Shown here in pieces: positions 14,851-27,338 of a stretch of DNA of 64,000 bases. Under the pieces are notes generated by a model. It saw only the letters and a program-made list of their open reading frames with translations, had not been told where the DNA came from and searched no databases. The translations under genes were made by a program, and so were the position numbers. Every line of letters starts with the position of its first letter. The first letter of the stretch is position 1. Source of the DNA: Octopus sinensis (Eukaryota); the NCBI RefSeq assembly GCF_006345805.1, contig NC_043006.1:90954001-91018000 (forward strand), given 5' to 3'.

Positions 14851-14879
14851 TGATTTAACTCAGGTACATTATTATTTCT

Positions 14880-15217
14880 GATAGAATTTGTGGGTAGTGG
14901 GTTACTACCTGTAACTTTAGGTATCCACAATAGTCTTTCAATAGTCTTTCAAGTGCTTAAGACCCTCCTGATAATTGTTCCTGTCTCTAAGAGGCAAACT
15001 GCCTGTAGAAGCACTACAGGACATTTTATTCCAATCTCCTTCAACCATTTACTTGTCTATTATTGTGATGTCTGCTTTATCACTTTCTAGCTTCTTATCC
15101 ATTTAAATAGGAAAATTCCATAAAACTTTCCATTTCTCCAACTCCAGCACTCTTTCGACCTGATGATCATTCCATGTACCTCCAGCTTCACATCCTCATT
15201 TCTGACAAAGAAATGGG
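14880..15217 (-). mobile_element. R4/Dong-type LINE extreme 3' coding remnant
   Basis: Minus strand ...KWLKEIGIKCPVVLLQAVCLLETGTIIRRVLST* matches the clade's C-terminal LLGTARILRKVL-type motif. Confidence 0.75.
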
Positions 15218-15280
<63 letters not shown>

Positions 15281-15315
15281 CATTATTATTGTTATCATTA
15301 TTATTATTATCATCA

Positions 15316-15349
<34 letters not shown>

Positions 15350-15384
15350 TAGTAGTAGTAGTATTAGTATTATTATTATTAGCT

Positions 15385-15417
<33 letters not shown>
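15218..15417. repeat. Compound (ATT)n/(AGT)n microsatellite
   Basis: Direct inspection. Confidence 0.95.
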
Positions 15418-15629
15418 AGGTGGTGAGCTGGCAGAATCGTTAGCACATCAGGCTAAATCCTTTGTGGAATTTTGTCTGTCTTTATGTTCTGAGTTCAAAT
15501 TCTGCCAAGGTCAACTTTGCCTTTCATCCTTTTGGGGTTGATAAAATAAGTACTAGTTAAGTACTGGAGTCGATGTAATTGACTATCCGCCTGCCCCAAG
15601 TTTCAGGCCTTGTACCCATAGTAGAAAGG

Positions 15630-15630
<1 letters not shown>
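15418..15630 (+). mobile_element. tRNA-derived SINE with Meta-domain-like core
   Basis: A-box-like tggcagaatcgtt, B-box gagttcaaattc, core gtcaactttgcctttcatccttt..gataaaataagtac, (TTA)n tail. Confidence 0.8.
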
Positions 15631-15668
<38 letters not shown>

Positions 15669-15711
15669 GTGTGAGAGAACAGTGCATGCCATCGTGACAC
15701 TGGGGTGAAAT

Positions 15712-16943
15712 GCAGATTTTTTTATACTCCTTTTAGTTTTCAAGATTTAGATAAACAAAATTTTTATTTTAATCTAAAATATACTCTCCTTCATTTTCTA
15801 CAATGCTCTTCCATCTATCTGGTAGACTTGCAAGGTCCCTCTTCCAAAATTCACTTGTCCATCATGAAAAATGCTCCTCCAATACTGTTCTGACCTCATC
15901 TACAGAATTCATATTTTTGCTGTCCAAATGATTTTGAAGACTGTAGAATAAGTGATTATCAGATGGGGCAGTGTCTGGCGAATATGGTGGGTGGGGCATC
16001 TTTTCCCATTCAAACTGTTCCAGCCTTTCGAATGTCATTCTCGTTGTATGTGGCCAAGCATTATCCTGATGGAAGAACACCTTTTCTCTTGAAACCAAAG
16101 ATGGTTGTTTTTCTTCTAGCGCTGACTTAAGCTGCTCAAGCTGCTTGCAGTAGATCTCCTTTGTTATTTGGTTTTAAAAGTTCAAAGTGGACTAAACCTT
16201 TCATAACCCACCTAACAGATAACAGCACCTTACGTGGGTGAAGACCTTCTGTAGCCTGGGGTGCCAGTGTTTCTCCTTTCCCTACATACTGGTTTTTGAC
16301 ATTTTTATAGAGAACCCATTTGTTGTCACCAATCACTATTCAGTCCAAAAAATGGTTCATTCATGAGATGTGACAGCAAAGAAGAGTACACGCGATTAGA
16401 CTCAGAAAGTTTGTGAAGAATCCATTGACCCAAAATACTGACTTTTACAATGGCATGCAGGTGTTGATGAATGGTTGAATGACCAAATCCAAGCTTCTCT
16501 GCAAGTTTTTCAACAGTTACAATGGGATTTTGTTCCACTAGGGTCTTCAGAATGTCATTGTTGAGTTCTACAGATCTTCTAGGTTGTAGTTTCTGGCTCA
16601 GAATTTCTGGAACCACCATTGATCACCATTGACACCATCTGGAACCACTGTTGACACTGTCCAAACCCCATATAGTGCATTAGTATTCCTTGCACTTTCC
16701 GTTGTGTTGTTTTTTTATTGAACTCATAAAGTAAAATATGCCAAATATGCTCTTTTGTCACTTCCAATATAGCTTTGCAAAAATATTGAACTGCACTCTT
16801 CAAAACTTGCACTAAGATTAAGGACAAGGTAAAATTTCTACCTTCTTTTATAGCAAGTTGATGCAGGTAGTTCATCCTGTCCCCCTCCGACTTTTAGTTC
16901 ATGCATTTGACTAAAACCACAATATTTATGGGAGGACCCAATA
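15712..16943 (-). mobile_element. Mariner (Tc1/mariner, DD34D-type) transposon, inactivated
   Basis: Transposase pieces EVTKEHIWHILLYEFNK (start codon mutated to TTG at 16765-16767), WILHKL (cf. WVPHEL), IGDNKWVLY (cf. TGDEKW), LHPRKVLLSVRW, HQDNAWPH, HPPYSPDTAPSDNHLF. TIR-like tattgggtcctcccataaatattgtggtttt at the 16943 end; the other TIR is not recognisable. Confidence 0.9.
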
Positions 16944-17105
16944 CTTGCAGTTCTTTACATTCAGAGTTCAAATCCCACTGAGGTCAACTTTGCTTTTATC
17001 TTTTTGGGGCCAATAATATAGAGTATCAGTGAAATATTAGTGTCTCTGGAATTGATGAACCCCACATCTCAAAAAATTGTTGCTTGTTGCTGAATTAGAA
17101 ATGAT
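16944..17105 (+). mobile_element. SINE fragment, same family
   Basis: gagttcaaatccc...gaggtcaactttgctttt. Confidence 0.7.
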
Positions 17106-17110
17106 TATTA

Positions 17111-17500
17111 TTGAGTGACACTGGGGTAAAATATTCGAAGCCCAGTATACCCATCATGACTACCCATTGATAAGGGTACATCAGGCCCTTGCATCACAAC
17201 TATATGTGTGCAACATGGTGATCTTATATAAAGACAAGCAATGAATGAGCTTTCAGGTGGGGCCCAGTTAGAATCTTCTTCAGGCCGAGTAGCCCATTCC
17301 ACTCAAAAGGTCCTTGAATAAGGGTTGTTTAAGGATGTTGGAGGAAATACCCATATTTCTAAAGGTGAATTATCCAAACCCCAAAAATTCCTCTCAACAC
17401 ATGGCTATGATGCTCCCCCACTATTTCTGCTCATGATCAGAGTTGCACATATCGTCGGCCACTAAGGGACATGCTCAACAGGTTAAGGTCAAACAACTGA
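17111..17500 (-). repeat. Unclassified ~390 bp GC-richer repeat with (TAA)n-type tail; its terminus recurs at 15668-15711
   Basis: gtgacactggggt(a/g)aaat present at both sites after (TTA)n. Confidence 0.45.
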
Positions 17501-17744
17501 GGTCCAAGGAAAATGAGATTTCCTAAAAATCTGGAACTTTGTCAATGCAAATCTAATAAATTGTTTGTGGTTTTCATTTTCTATTTTCTATAGCCCATCT
17601 TTTATACCAAGACAAAACAATGTACATGATAACACTTCCAATCAGTTAAGATCAGAAGTCATGAGAGCCACTGCCTAGTACTGCATCAGGGCATTTATTG
17701 TAATCATTATTATTGCTACTACTACTACTATTGCAGTAGATTTG

Positions 17745-17905
17745 CAGAATCATTAGAGCATTAGAAAAAGTGCCTTGCAGTGTTAGTTGCAGTTCGTTAT
17801 GTTTGAAGTTCAAATCCCACCAGGCTTGTTGCAGCCGTGTGACTTGCTAAATCCTATCAAACTATCTAACCCATAGAAGGCAGGTATTAAATGATGGTGA
17901 TGGTT
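17745..17905 (+). mobile_element. SINE head followed by RTE-like tail
   Basis: gcagaatcattagagc..gaagttcaaatccc head, then caaactatctaacccat...ggtattaaatgatggtgatgg. Confidence 0.5.
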
Positions 17906-18887
17906 GGTGGACAGATGAACAGGTGTGTGTGTTTGTGTATATACACACACACATATACATACTGAACTTTACAACAAATATTTTGCAATCAGTTGTGCAA
18001 ATGTTAGACAGTGGTCTATCAAAATTAATGCTTGAAGTAATGTGTGTTTTTGGATAAAGTTTTTATGAAAATTTAGTTGCCTTCTCTTTTTTAATGTAGC
18101 ATATGAAAAATGTTTTATTCAGGCTGTGTATGAGAGTGTGTGTGTATGTGTGTTTATGAAATGCAGCTGCTTTTTGTCCTCCAATTTATCATCGTTGCAT
18201 GGTATGATAGCAGCTGCAGTATATTTTATGTCTAGTCACCAATGAAAAAAGAAAAGTCAATGAAATCTAACTGACAGATGATATTACAGTAAAATGTTAG
18301 TTATATATCTTGCAACTGTGCTTCAACTTTCACTGACAGCTTTAACAAAGCTTTAATATATTGGGTTAAGTTAATGTGCAGGTTATAGACATAATTACAT
18401 ATACTCCATGCTATATATCTCACATTCAAAATCTTAGCGCATATCAGAAAATATAATTTATTGATTGGTTTAAAAAAAAACCAGAAGGGAAATTTTGAAA
18501 CTGCTTCGATATGTTTTTGAGTTGAGAGTTAATGAAAGATTCATAGTGGAGACCCTGTTTTATTTACTGTGTTCTTCTTTAGTATTGTTATTGAAAATAT
18601 TGACAAACTTCTGTTCCCTGTAATATATTACTTCTTCTGTCTCTCTAATCATTCAAACCTTTACTCAACAATATCACTGTGGCACCACGCTATACTACGC
18701 AGCTAGTAGATTAGCATGTCCTACTAGTGCTAAGCAATCAATAAATTACATTGTAGAGATAGAGAAACCGGTACAGTTCAGAGAATGGAGACAAATGGTG
18801 ATATCTAATTTGTGGAATTGGTATAGCAAGTACCCTGTAGAGTAAACATATATAACACAGTTGCCTGAAAAACAATAGACACAGAGT

Positions 18888-18992
18888 TCAAATGCTATCA
18901 TTGTGCTTCTTTCTTGTCTTTTCTATCTCAAATTGTTTCTTGTAATGTACAATATCAATTGCAATTTCATCATTCTGCCTCGAGTTTGCAAA
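18888..18992 (-). CDS. Candidate terminal coding exon (FANSRQNDEIAIDIVHYKKQFEIEKTRKKHNDSI*)
   Basis: Acceptor ctttttcaaccttttaaggtctttag with protein-like composition to a TGA. Confidence 0.25.
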   Translation of the reverse strand, partial: FANSRQNDEIAIDIVHYKKQFEIEKTRKKHNDSI

Positions 18993-19384
18993 CTAAAGAC
19001 CTTAAAAGGTTGAAAAAGCAATTACATGAAGTTGTTTCCAACCGTTCTAAAGTGACAAAATTGTTAATAGTAACCATAGTTACCAAATATAGTAATTATG
19101 TGATTGTTGAATATAATGACAGAAATTAATTTAGTTGATGAGGTTTTTATATTTCAATATTTCCCTTATTGTTTTGAGTTGTGAATTAGAAAAAGGAAAC
19201 CACAAACAGTTTATTATATTTGTATTGACAAAGTTCCAGATTTTTAGGAAATCTCATTTTCCTTGGACCTCAATTTGGAAAGCGTCAAATAATCATTATT
19301 AATTTTTTTTTCTGCGGTTGTTGTCATACGTGTATATGTTTGTGTGTGTGTACAATATATAAAATATATATAGAATACCTATCT

Positions 19385-19409
19385 GTTTATCTATTTCTCT
19401 CTCTCTCTC

Positions 19410-19457
<48 letters not shown>

Positions 19458-19481
19458 CATACATATATATATGTGCACGCA

Positions 19482-19520
<39 letters not shown>
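19385..19520. repeat. (CT)(AT)(CA) compound microsatellite; further simple arrays at about 4741-4790, 20005-20070, 30210-30254, 36478-36517, 42322-42420 and 44815-44920
   Basis: Direct inspection. Confidence 0.9.
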
Positions 19521-20002
19521 GAGTTGAAATGTGGACAATATCTATTCATCAGAGCATGTGACTATCAAGGTTGCTAAGTACAATGCTTATATTTGATACT
19601 AATTGTTTTCTTTTCAAATAACTTAGAGAACATTTTTGGCAATATATTTTGAGTTTTTCACCAGCTTTTGTTTCATAAAAACATAGAATTGATTTATTAC
19701 AACCACCACCAACAACAACAGCACTGCTATCGTCATCATCATCTCTTAATTGCAAACATATACATATGCTGCAAGCATACCAGTATTATATATCTGTTTC
19801 CATGGCTGTATACATTTGACTGGATCCACTTACAACTGTTTTTGGTGTATTTGGGTAATCGGTTTTAGTTTCCTTTTGTCTTTGAGGTGATTTGGATTCC
19901 TTGGAATATTAAAACCTTTGCAAAGGCTTGGGAATGGTTTATTCCATTCTTTGTCTCAAAACTGAACTAAATTATCATTTTGTGGTTTTAAGCACAATAC
20001 AG

Positions 20003-20075
<73 letters not shown>

Positions 20076-20121
20076 TATTTAATTTTCTTGAATCATATGG
20101 TGTTATGTAGAATATTATCCA

Positions 20122-20265
20122 TGGTGTAGATTTTGGTCATGTGGTTAGGGAATTTACTTTGCTGCTGCATAGTCCTGGGTTGCATCCCACTGCATGCTAC
20201 TTTGGGAAAGCATCTTCTACAATTAGTCTCCCATTGATTAATTCCTTGAGATTGAAATTTTGTAA
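20122..20265 (+). mobile_element. Diverged second-family SINE
   Basis: tcatgtggttagg..gggttgcatcccactgc..ctttgggaaagcatcttctac. Confidence 0.55.
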
Positions 20266-20736
20266 GCAGAAATGATGGTGGTAATGTTGATAATAATAAT
20301 AATAATAATAGACACAAAAATGAGACCACAATCACCGATACAAATATCTAGGATTAGACAAAACAGCTAAAATATAACTCAGAAATGAAAGAGAAAATTA
20401 GGAGAGAGTATAACAGAAGAGTTAGACTAATATTAAACATTAAACTAAAAATAAGATGATAGGGATAAACAAGCTAGCCATACCAGCCATAAATTACAGC
20501 TTTAACATAATAAACTGGAAGATCAGTGAAGGAAAACCAGAAAACTATTAACAGCATATTGAAGTCACCACCCCCAAGCAGACACAGACAGAATATATCT
20601 ACCCTGCTCAGAAAGAGGCTGACGCCAGACACAGATAGAGAATGGCTATAAAATAACAACAGTTGGACTACAATAATACTTAGAAACAAAAAGTGGAAGA
20701 TTACTACATGTAATAAAGTAACACAAGAAAAAGAAA

Positions 20737-21700
20737 ATGCTTTTCTCTATACACAAGGAGGCGACAAAATACAAAAGAGAAACTTATACACTGTTCTCAG
20801 ATGACAACACAGCAGAAATGGTCAAAGAGACACAAAACAACATGGAAGCAAAACTACAAAACACTCTAAAGGAGACATGGCGAGAAAAATCACTCAATGG
20901 CCAATACCTTGCAAGGCTTGGCAGAAGAGAAGTGAGCCAAAGTAAAAGCAAACAATGGTTCAAAAGTTTTGAACTGAAAGTTAAAACAGAAGGACTGATT
21001 CTTGCTGCCCAAGACCAATGCCTGACCACAAACAACTATAAAAGTAGAATAATGAAAACAGGCCTGAACTCCAAATAAAGAATGTGCAACCAGTGCAATG
21101 AGACAGTTGACCACATTGTCTTGGGCTGCCCTTGTCCTTGCCAAGCCTGAATATACATATATATACACACACATATATATATATGCAGACATAACTGAGT
21201 AAGTATTTATATTCACTGGACAATATGCCAACACTACAACATAAAAACTGACAGTAGACGGGATAAACAAGTGCCAAACAAGGTACATGACATTGATCAA
21301 GCCAGAATCATCTGGGATATGCTTGTTCAAACCAACAAAGAAATAAAAGCTAATACCCAGACATAATAATCAAGGATTGGCAAAAAAAAAATATATATAT
21401 ATATATATACCTGCTTACTGATAGACATTGCAGTCCCTTCTGACCAAAATGAAGTGGAGAAATTGTCAAAGTCCAAAGGCTTCGAAATTGAAGTATTCAA
21501 GATGTGGGGCATGAAGGTGAAAACAATCCCAGTAATAGTTATAGCATTTGGCATGATAAAGAAAATATGTACAAACAAAAATGTAAAAGCTGTATCTGGA
21601 CCCTCAACACTATGCACTATCCAAAAAAATAACCCTGCTAGGAACAGCCCACATCCTACACAAGCCACTATTAATTCAACAATTACAACCCAAACAAAAC
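20737..21700 (+). mobile_element. Decayed 3' part of an R4/Dong-type LINE (CCHC knuckle + restriction-like endonuclease)
   Basis: WREKSLNGQY, WFKSFELKVKTEGLILAAQDQCL, CNQCNETVDHIVLGCP, IIWDM, LLIDIAVPSD, EKLSKSKGFEIEVFKMWGMKVKTIPVIV, LGTAHILHK across frameshifts. Confidence 0.88.
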
Positions 21701-22189
21701 AATTCTCTAACACAAGACACACTCTGTAGTAAATATCCAATAAGATAAACAGCCACCAACAGGCTAGAAACCCAACGTAAGAACACAACTTGCATTACAC
21801 ACACAACAGACAATACAAACACTTCATGTGTGCGCTTGTGTGTGTGTGTGTGTGTGATGGGAGGGTAGTTCTATATTTAATGATATTCAGTCAACAAATA
21901 ATAAAATAGCAAATTCTAAACAACAAAAGACTGCACCATGCTCCATAAAGGAAAAATAAATATGTAATACAATAATATTGGAAAAAGTATGCACTACCCC
22001 AACGACAAAAAAGAACACACGATGCTGCACACACCCCAGCAACACAGGTGTAACAGGTGATGCAGGAGAAATTTGCCTAAAACTACCATATGTTGGATAA
22101 TAATGGTGGTGGTGGTGGCGGCGGCAGTGGTGATGATATGTGCCAAAGGAAGCAAATATTGCATAATTTGTATACGAGAGATCTTGACA

Positions 22190-22415
22190 AAGAGTCTCTT
22201 TGTGGTCACTTGACCTAATAGGAGTAGCAACCAAATAAACCTGAAATCACACTCGGCCATCTTAAAGGAAAGGGAAATACACATCGAACATGTAGTCCTG
22301 GATTTACTGCACCTTCAAGCAACATGAATCAATAGATACATGGTGGTTCCAATTTGAATGCTTTTGATGACAGGACTGTTCAACCAAGGCTGACTTGGGG
22401 CTAAACCATAACAAA
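22190..22415 (+). mobile_element. Third interspersed repeat family (SINE-like), also at about 6330-6580, 7330-7620 and 29860-30065
   Basis: Shared blocks tagcagc(c)aaat..ctcaaat, aaggac(a)cat, and a terminus like gctgac(c/t)tggggctaaac-aac in all four. Confidence 0.5.
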
Positions 22416-23294
22416 AGTGATTTTCCGCAATGCTATTAGATCAGTTCCACTATGTTGCAACCTTGACATTGGTTAGGATTTGCTTAATGGATTTATATTG
22501 CTTATGCCAAGTTCTGACTCTTAATTCAACCTGATTTTGAAATTTGTTGTATCTAACACATCATTGTGTCTACATCTTGCTTTGAGGAATAGTAGTAGGG
22601 ATTGTAACCTAAAGGCATTGCCTGCTACTAATGTCCTAATGAATTTTATTCTTTGCATTTCTTCTGTACATTTTATGATTATCTAATTTTAGCCTACCTT
22701 TAAGATGCTACCATTTCCAACTAACTTCTTTTTGTGTTCATTTTCTTATATCTGCTCAATTGGATGCAAGTTTTCTGTTCTTTGTGAGAATTCCTCGAAT
22801 GAGTTGCATTCATTGCTGATCCTTCAAAGGATGATTTTTATCGTATTTAAAGCATTCTTCTTTTCTTTTGTTCTGTTTGTCTATCTTGCCTTTAACTGTT
22901 TCATTGAATTCGACTCCTAAAAATGTGTATCACTGTATCTTACTATATATATGTGTATATGTCTTCGTGTGTGTGTTTGTCTGTGTGTGATGGGTGGGTG
23001 GTTCTATATTTAATGATATTCAGTTAACAAATAATAAAAGAGCAAATTCTAAAATCCCAAACTGTCATCTTCCAACTTTCAATGTATAGTAATCTAATGA
23101 TCAGCATGTTGTTCTCTTCTCGTTTGCAACAGTTAGACTATACATGCCAATGGTAATTAATGAAGTAAAGAATACTGGAAGTCTGAAAGTAGTGTGTGCA
23201 GGATTTATTTCTGTCAGCTGTAATCAAACTGGCTTAAAATTGTTGAATTTTGTGCAAGATATAAGAGATACTAACATATATCTTTTGGTTACAG

Positions 23295-23354
23295 GAACAC
23301 ATTACCAAACAAGAAGGCGAGTGGAATATAATCAAGCAAATTTCATTGGAATGA
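23295..23354 (+). CDS. Candidate plus-strand exon after a perfect TACTAAC branch point
   Basis: TACTAAC at 23269-23275, cttttggttacag acceptor, EHITKQEGEWNIIKQISLE*. Confidence 0.2.
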   Translation, partial: EHITKQEGEWNIIKQISLE

Positions 23355-23829
23355 TATTAATATAGGAAAATAAAAGCAATCATTCTTGTAGGGGTTAAAA
23401 TTTAGATTTATTAAAATTAAGAATCAAAGAAGATAATTAAATCTTACATAGGCCAGAAGTTCAACTGTAGAAAAATGCACAGGTGAATAACATTCCTGTT
23501 TGAAATGTTGTCATATACACCTGTTCATTTTGCATACCCCTGCCCATTTTATGTAGGTCTTCCTACTCTTCTATTCATACATGCGTCAGTATAATTATAT
23601 TCATGAAGCTCATACTTGCTTACAAGTACAACTGTAGAGAGTAATTGTTTGCCTCCAAATTTATACAGACTACATAAAGAATATATAACAGCACAATAAA
23701 AAAAATAGTTTATTAAGAATGAAACGTCATCACAACTGTGTGTACATGCCGTAGTATGTAACCCTCCGGATGTTTGTGTCCCTGTACACATCCTTATTAG
23801 TTGCCATCTGATTCTTACTTTTCATATAA

Positions 23830-24045
23830 AGGTGGTGAGCTGGCAGAATTGTGAGCACATCGGAAGAAACGATTAGCAGCATTTCTTCTGACTTTACATT
23901 CTGAGTTCAAATGCTGCTGGGGTGACTTTGCTTTTGTCCTTATGGGGTTGATGAAATAGGTACCAATTAAGCACTGGGGTTAATGTAATCAACTCAGCCC
24001 CACCCTTGAAATTGTTGGCCTTCTCCCAAAATTTGGAACCATAAT
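23830..24045 (+). mobile_element. SINE, same family as 15418-15630
   Basis: ggtggtgagctggcagaatt, gagttcaaat, gactttgcttttgtcct..gatgaaataggtacc. Confidence 0.8.
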
Positions 24046-25424
24046 TAACTCTCATATAGTCTCCATGTACACTTTTTTATGTGTTTATAAGTGCGCATAG
24101 ACTGACAGCATCTCTATACAAACATACATTTCTACATACACAACTTTTACATATATTTCTATGCATGTATATATTTTTTCTGGTCAGTTTCTTTTCATCA
24201 ATCATTCTGACTTTCTTAAAATGTTTTGTGGGGGGCAACAAGTTCATTTACTTCCTCATTATCATATTCAAAGGATTCAAATACAGGTATTTTTAATATA
24301 ATTGGATGCCTGTCTTCCCTGGGTTAAAATGTGAAAGACAAAGGCAAGTCAATGCAATGAAATAAAATTGAATGAAGAGTAAGTAAGGATGCTCTGGAGT
24401 GTTGTAAAGGTTGTGCTACATGGTATCATGCATTAAGGGGAACATAAAGAGGGGACAAATATTTCATTAAGATTACTGCAGAGTTCATTAGTTTACTCAT
24501 TGTCTCTCAGATTGGCCTAAAAGAGCCCTGCGTGGTGTGGGAGGGCATATGGAATTACTTCATCTCCAAGTTGCAAGGACCGAGATCTGCAAGTCCAAAG
24601 AGTTGGGGGTATGTTCAAGAATATATACATTCTCAGCCCTTTTGAGTTTAAATTCATATTTATGTATGCATGTATATTTATGTCACCACATGTTGAAATG
24701 TACGTGGCAGCTGTTGTATGCTTCAAGAAAATATGGATTATGCATGTGCATGTGTCTGCAAGTGTGTATAGAGCACAATACATAAGATAATGAGGATCTA
24801 CTCAAGAAGATCTGTGAATATGCATATACAGAAATATGAAAAAGTATATCATAGTAAAAGCATGTAGACAACCATCATTTGATGTACATGTATTTTATAA
24901 ATTATATTCATTTAATCAGTTTATTCAGTTGTCATTCATAATATATTATCCAGTAATTTTATTGTACTTGTAGACAAGTCTATCCTTCATGCGTATAATT
25001 CTATTAATACATGTGTGCTGAATGATACAGAAATCATGTATACAAATGTGAGCATGAACAGATGTTGGCAAAACTCTTCCAGACAGATATATTGCTTAGC
25101 TGTACTGTTAGCTATTGGCTCTCACAATTAAACCACTAAACCTGTTACCTCTCTTTAACTGTCTCCCTTTGATTTTTCACTGTAAATATTTACATGAGAG
25201 TGGTTATTTCTTATCCCTTGTAGATGTTATGCTGACATGAGATTTGGGATGAACAATCTGATGACTACTTTATAATCAAAATGTTCTTTGTTATTGTGTA
25301 TCTCTAATCAAAATAGCTTATTGCAGATTCAGATGTCTCCTATATTTTGCTGAAACTAATAGCTTATGTGCTTTGGTTCCAACTGACAAAATTCATTTAT
25401 ACACTTGTGTGTATGTGTTTGTCA

Positions 25425-25570
25425 TCATCATCTTTTAACGTCCATTGTCCATGCTGTCATGAGTCAGATGGTTTGGCCAGACTCCAGTCTGATTTGGCAT
25501 GATTTTCTGTGGCTGGATGCCCTTCCTAATGCCAACCACTCTCAGAGTGTAATGGTTGCTTTTATGTGCC
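25425..25570 (-). mobile_element. Short RTE tail remnant with internal deletion
   Basis: catcatcatcttttaacgtcc...ggatgcccttcctaatgccaaccactc. Confidence 0.75.
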
Positions 25571-25742
25571 ATATATATATGCGTGTGTTGTATATAATAC
25601 TAGCATTATGACCCATCTAATGCATGTATATATGTGTATATATATGTGTACATATTACATGTACATCTATATATATATATACATCTACATATAAAATACA
25701 AAATACAAAGTTATATTGTGATATCGCTAGTGATAACAATAC

Positions 25743-26264
25743 TCAAAATATATAACAGACTGGAATTGTAGGCCCGTCTCTTGCAATTTCGATCGATTGT
25801 ATCTTGTCCTCCCTCTTGTATACAAGTGTGGCTACAATCCAGCCTACCTCTACTTCTGGGGGGAAATTTTTAATTTTTATCCGGGATGTAGGACGTCCCA
25901 GATATAAATGTAAAAATAAAATATTTCCACTTTGCAAGGTTTGAGCCGAGTACTCCCTTGCATGCTCCATTGACTCAAACCTTGCTTCTATTGTGGTGAA
26001 TTTACCGCCTCTAGTTAGATATCTTTCATAGTCAAACCAAGACACTTTTCGATGGTGCTTTCCTCCAGGTGTTCAAATCGTTTTTTTCTCTACATTGTAT
26101 ACTTTATAGACAATAGTCTTTTCTTTAGTTTAATTTTTTATTTCGTTTGGTGGTCTTATCCTAGATTCACCGTCTTTGTCGGTAATCAATCCGAAATAGG
26201 TTTGTATTTCTTCCATTTTAATTTTAATGAGTTCATACTCGCCGACGGCTGCAGCGAAATTCAT
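25743..26264 (-). mobile_element. Frameshifted ORF1-like fragment of a probable L1/Tx1-type LINE (5' region only)
   Basis: CpG-containing island beginning MNFAAAVGEY..., then EKTIVYKVY, FEHLEESTIEKCL, TIEARFES, SRIKIKNFPPEVEVGW (RRM-like ORF1 pattern); no RT adjacent. Family call is inference. Confidence 0.5.
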
Positions 26265-26989
26265 TTTTGGACTTTCTTCTATCGAAGGCATTCTGACAAA
26301 AATGCTTCCGTATAAATGGTGAAAATATTGTCAATTTCCCCAAACAGGGACACAATTCAATTTTTAAACAATAACCAAAGCTCCTTCTCCCAAAGGGGGA
26401 GGGTTACAGTTTACAATTATTTAACAAATGCAACACAACAACGTTTCCCTTACAAGGAACCAACAAACGTGATAACAGTAGTTAAACAGTAATAATAATA
26501 ACAACAAACCTTATGGTGAATCAAAAAGCAGTACACAGTTGAAGCTATAGTCCTTTATGTATAAGAAATAAACCAACAGCAGTACTCAGTAGAAGCGGCT
26601 GTTCGAGAAAACAGACATTACATACAGCCAAACTTCATATAGATACTTAATGTTAGCTAATTAGCAGATAATCTAATGTAAAAGCCATAGTAAACGGTAT
26701 GTGCACAGCTCCATCTGGACTATTCCATTTCTACACACTAATTCTATTTTTAATTTATTCCCATTCATGTGAAACCACTTATTCAAGTTCAAGTCATTGT
26801 TGCAATTTTATACCAATTGCTATTTTTACTTTGTTATGTTACGATTATATTATACTTTAGTTTGATTTTAATTATTACTTACTACATATAGTTCAATTAT
26901 TGTTATTATCTCTAATTTTTATTGTTAAAGTGAAAGTATCTGACATAAAATAGAGAAATGTTTTTGTTTCACTTTTAACACGTAATACT

Positions 26990-27338
26990 GAAATAGTGGA
27001 GAAGATATGATATTGCTATGGGCTGCCCTAGGCAAGAAGTTGAACATTTTTTTTGCCCATGAAACTACATGGATCCTAAGTAAGGCATGTGTAAAATTTG
27101 AATGAAATTGGTTGTGTAGTTCTCAAGTTTTAGGGAATCGTAGTGGAGAAGATATGATATTGCTGTGGGCTCGCCCTAGGCAAAAAGTTAAGAAATTTTT
27201 TTGACGGTGACACTCCCCGGACCCTAAGTAAGGCATGTGTTAAATTTGAATGAAATTGGTTGTGTAGTTCTCAAGTTTTAGGGAAACACACAGACAGACA
27301 GACAGACATACATTCTCAGTTTTATATATAGAGAGAGA
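26990..27338 (-). mobile_element. 5' part of a second non-autonomous Helitron-like family with a 147-bp internal tandem duplication
   Basis: A|TCTCTCTCTATATATAAAA start, (GTCT)n, aactacacaaccaatttcattcaaattt shared with the 48.4 kb element; tagtggagaagatatg repeated at 26994 and 27141; no 3' CTAG found. Confidence 0.65.

Noticed and set aside
15418-15490. tRNA-like A and B boxes
   Set aside because: SINE heads with no cloverleaf or anticodon arm; not tRNA genes.
15668-17130. Idea that the mariner split one copy of the unclassified repeat
   Set aside because: Both sides contain the same gtgacactggggt segment, so they are two copies rather than two halves.
18755-18780. GAAACCGGTA resembling a hammerhead stem III
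   Set aside because: No upstream YUGANRA box or stem II.
22700-22915. Purine-rich exon-like minus-strand segment with ttttag acceptor and AAG|gtaggc donor
   Set aside because: Stops in all three frames.
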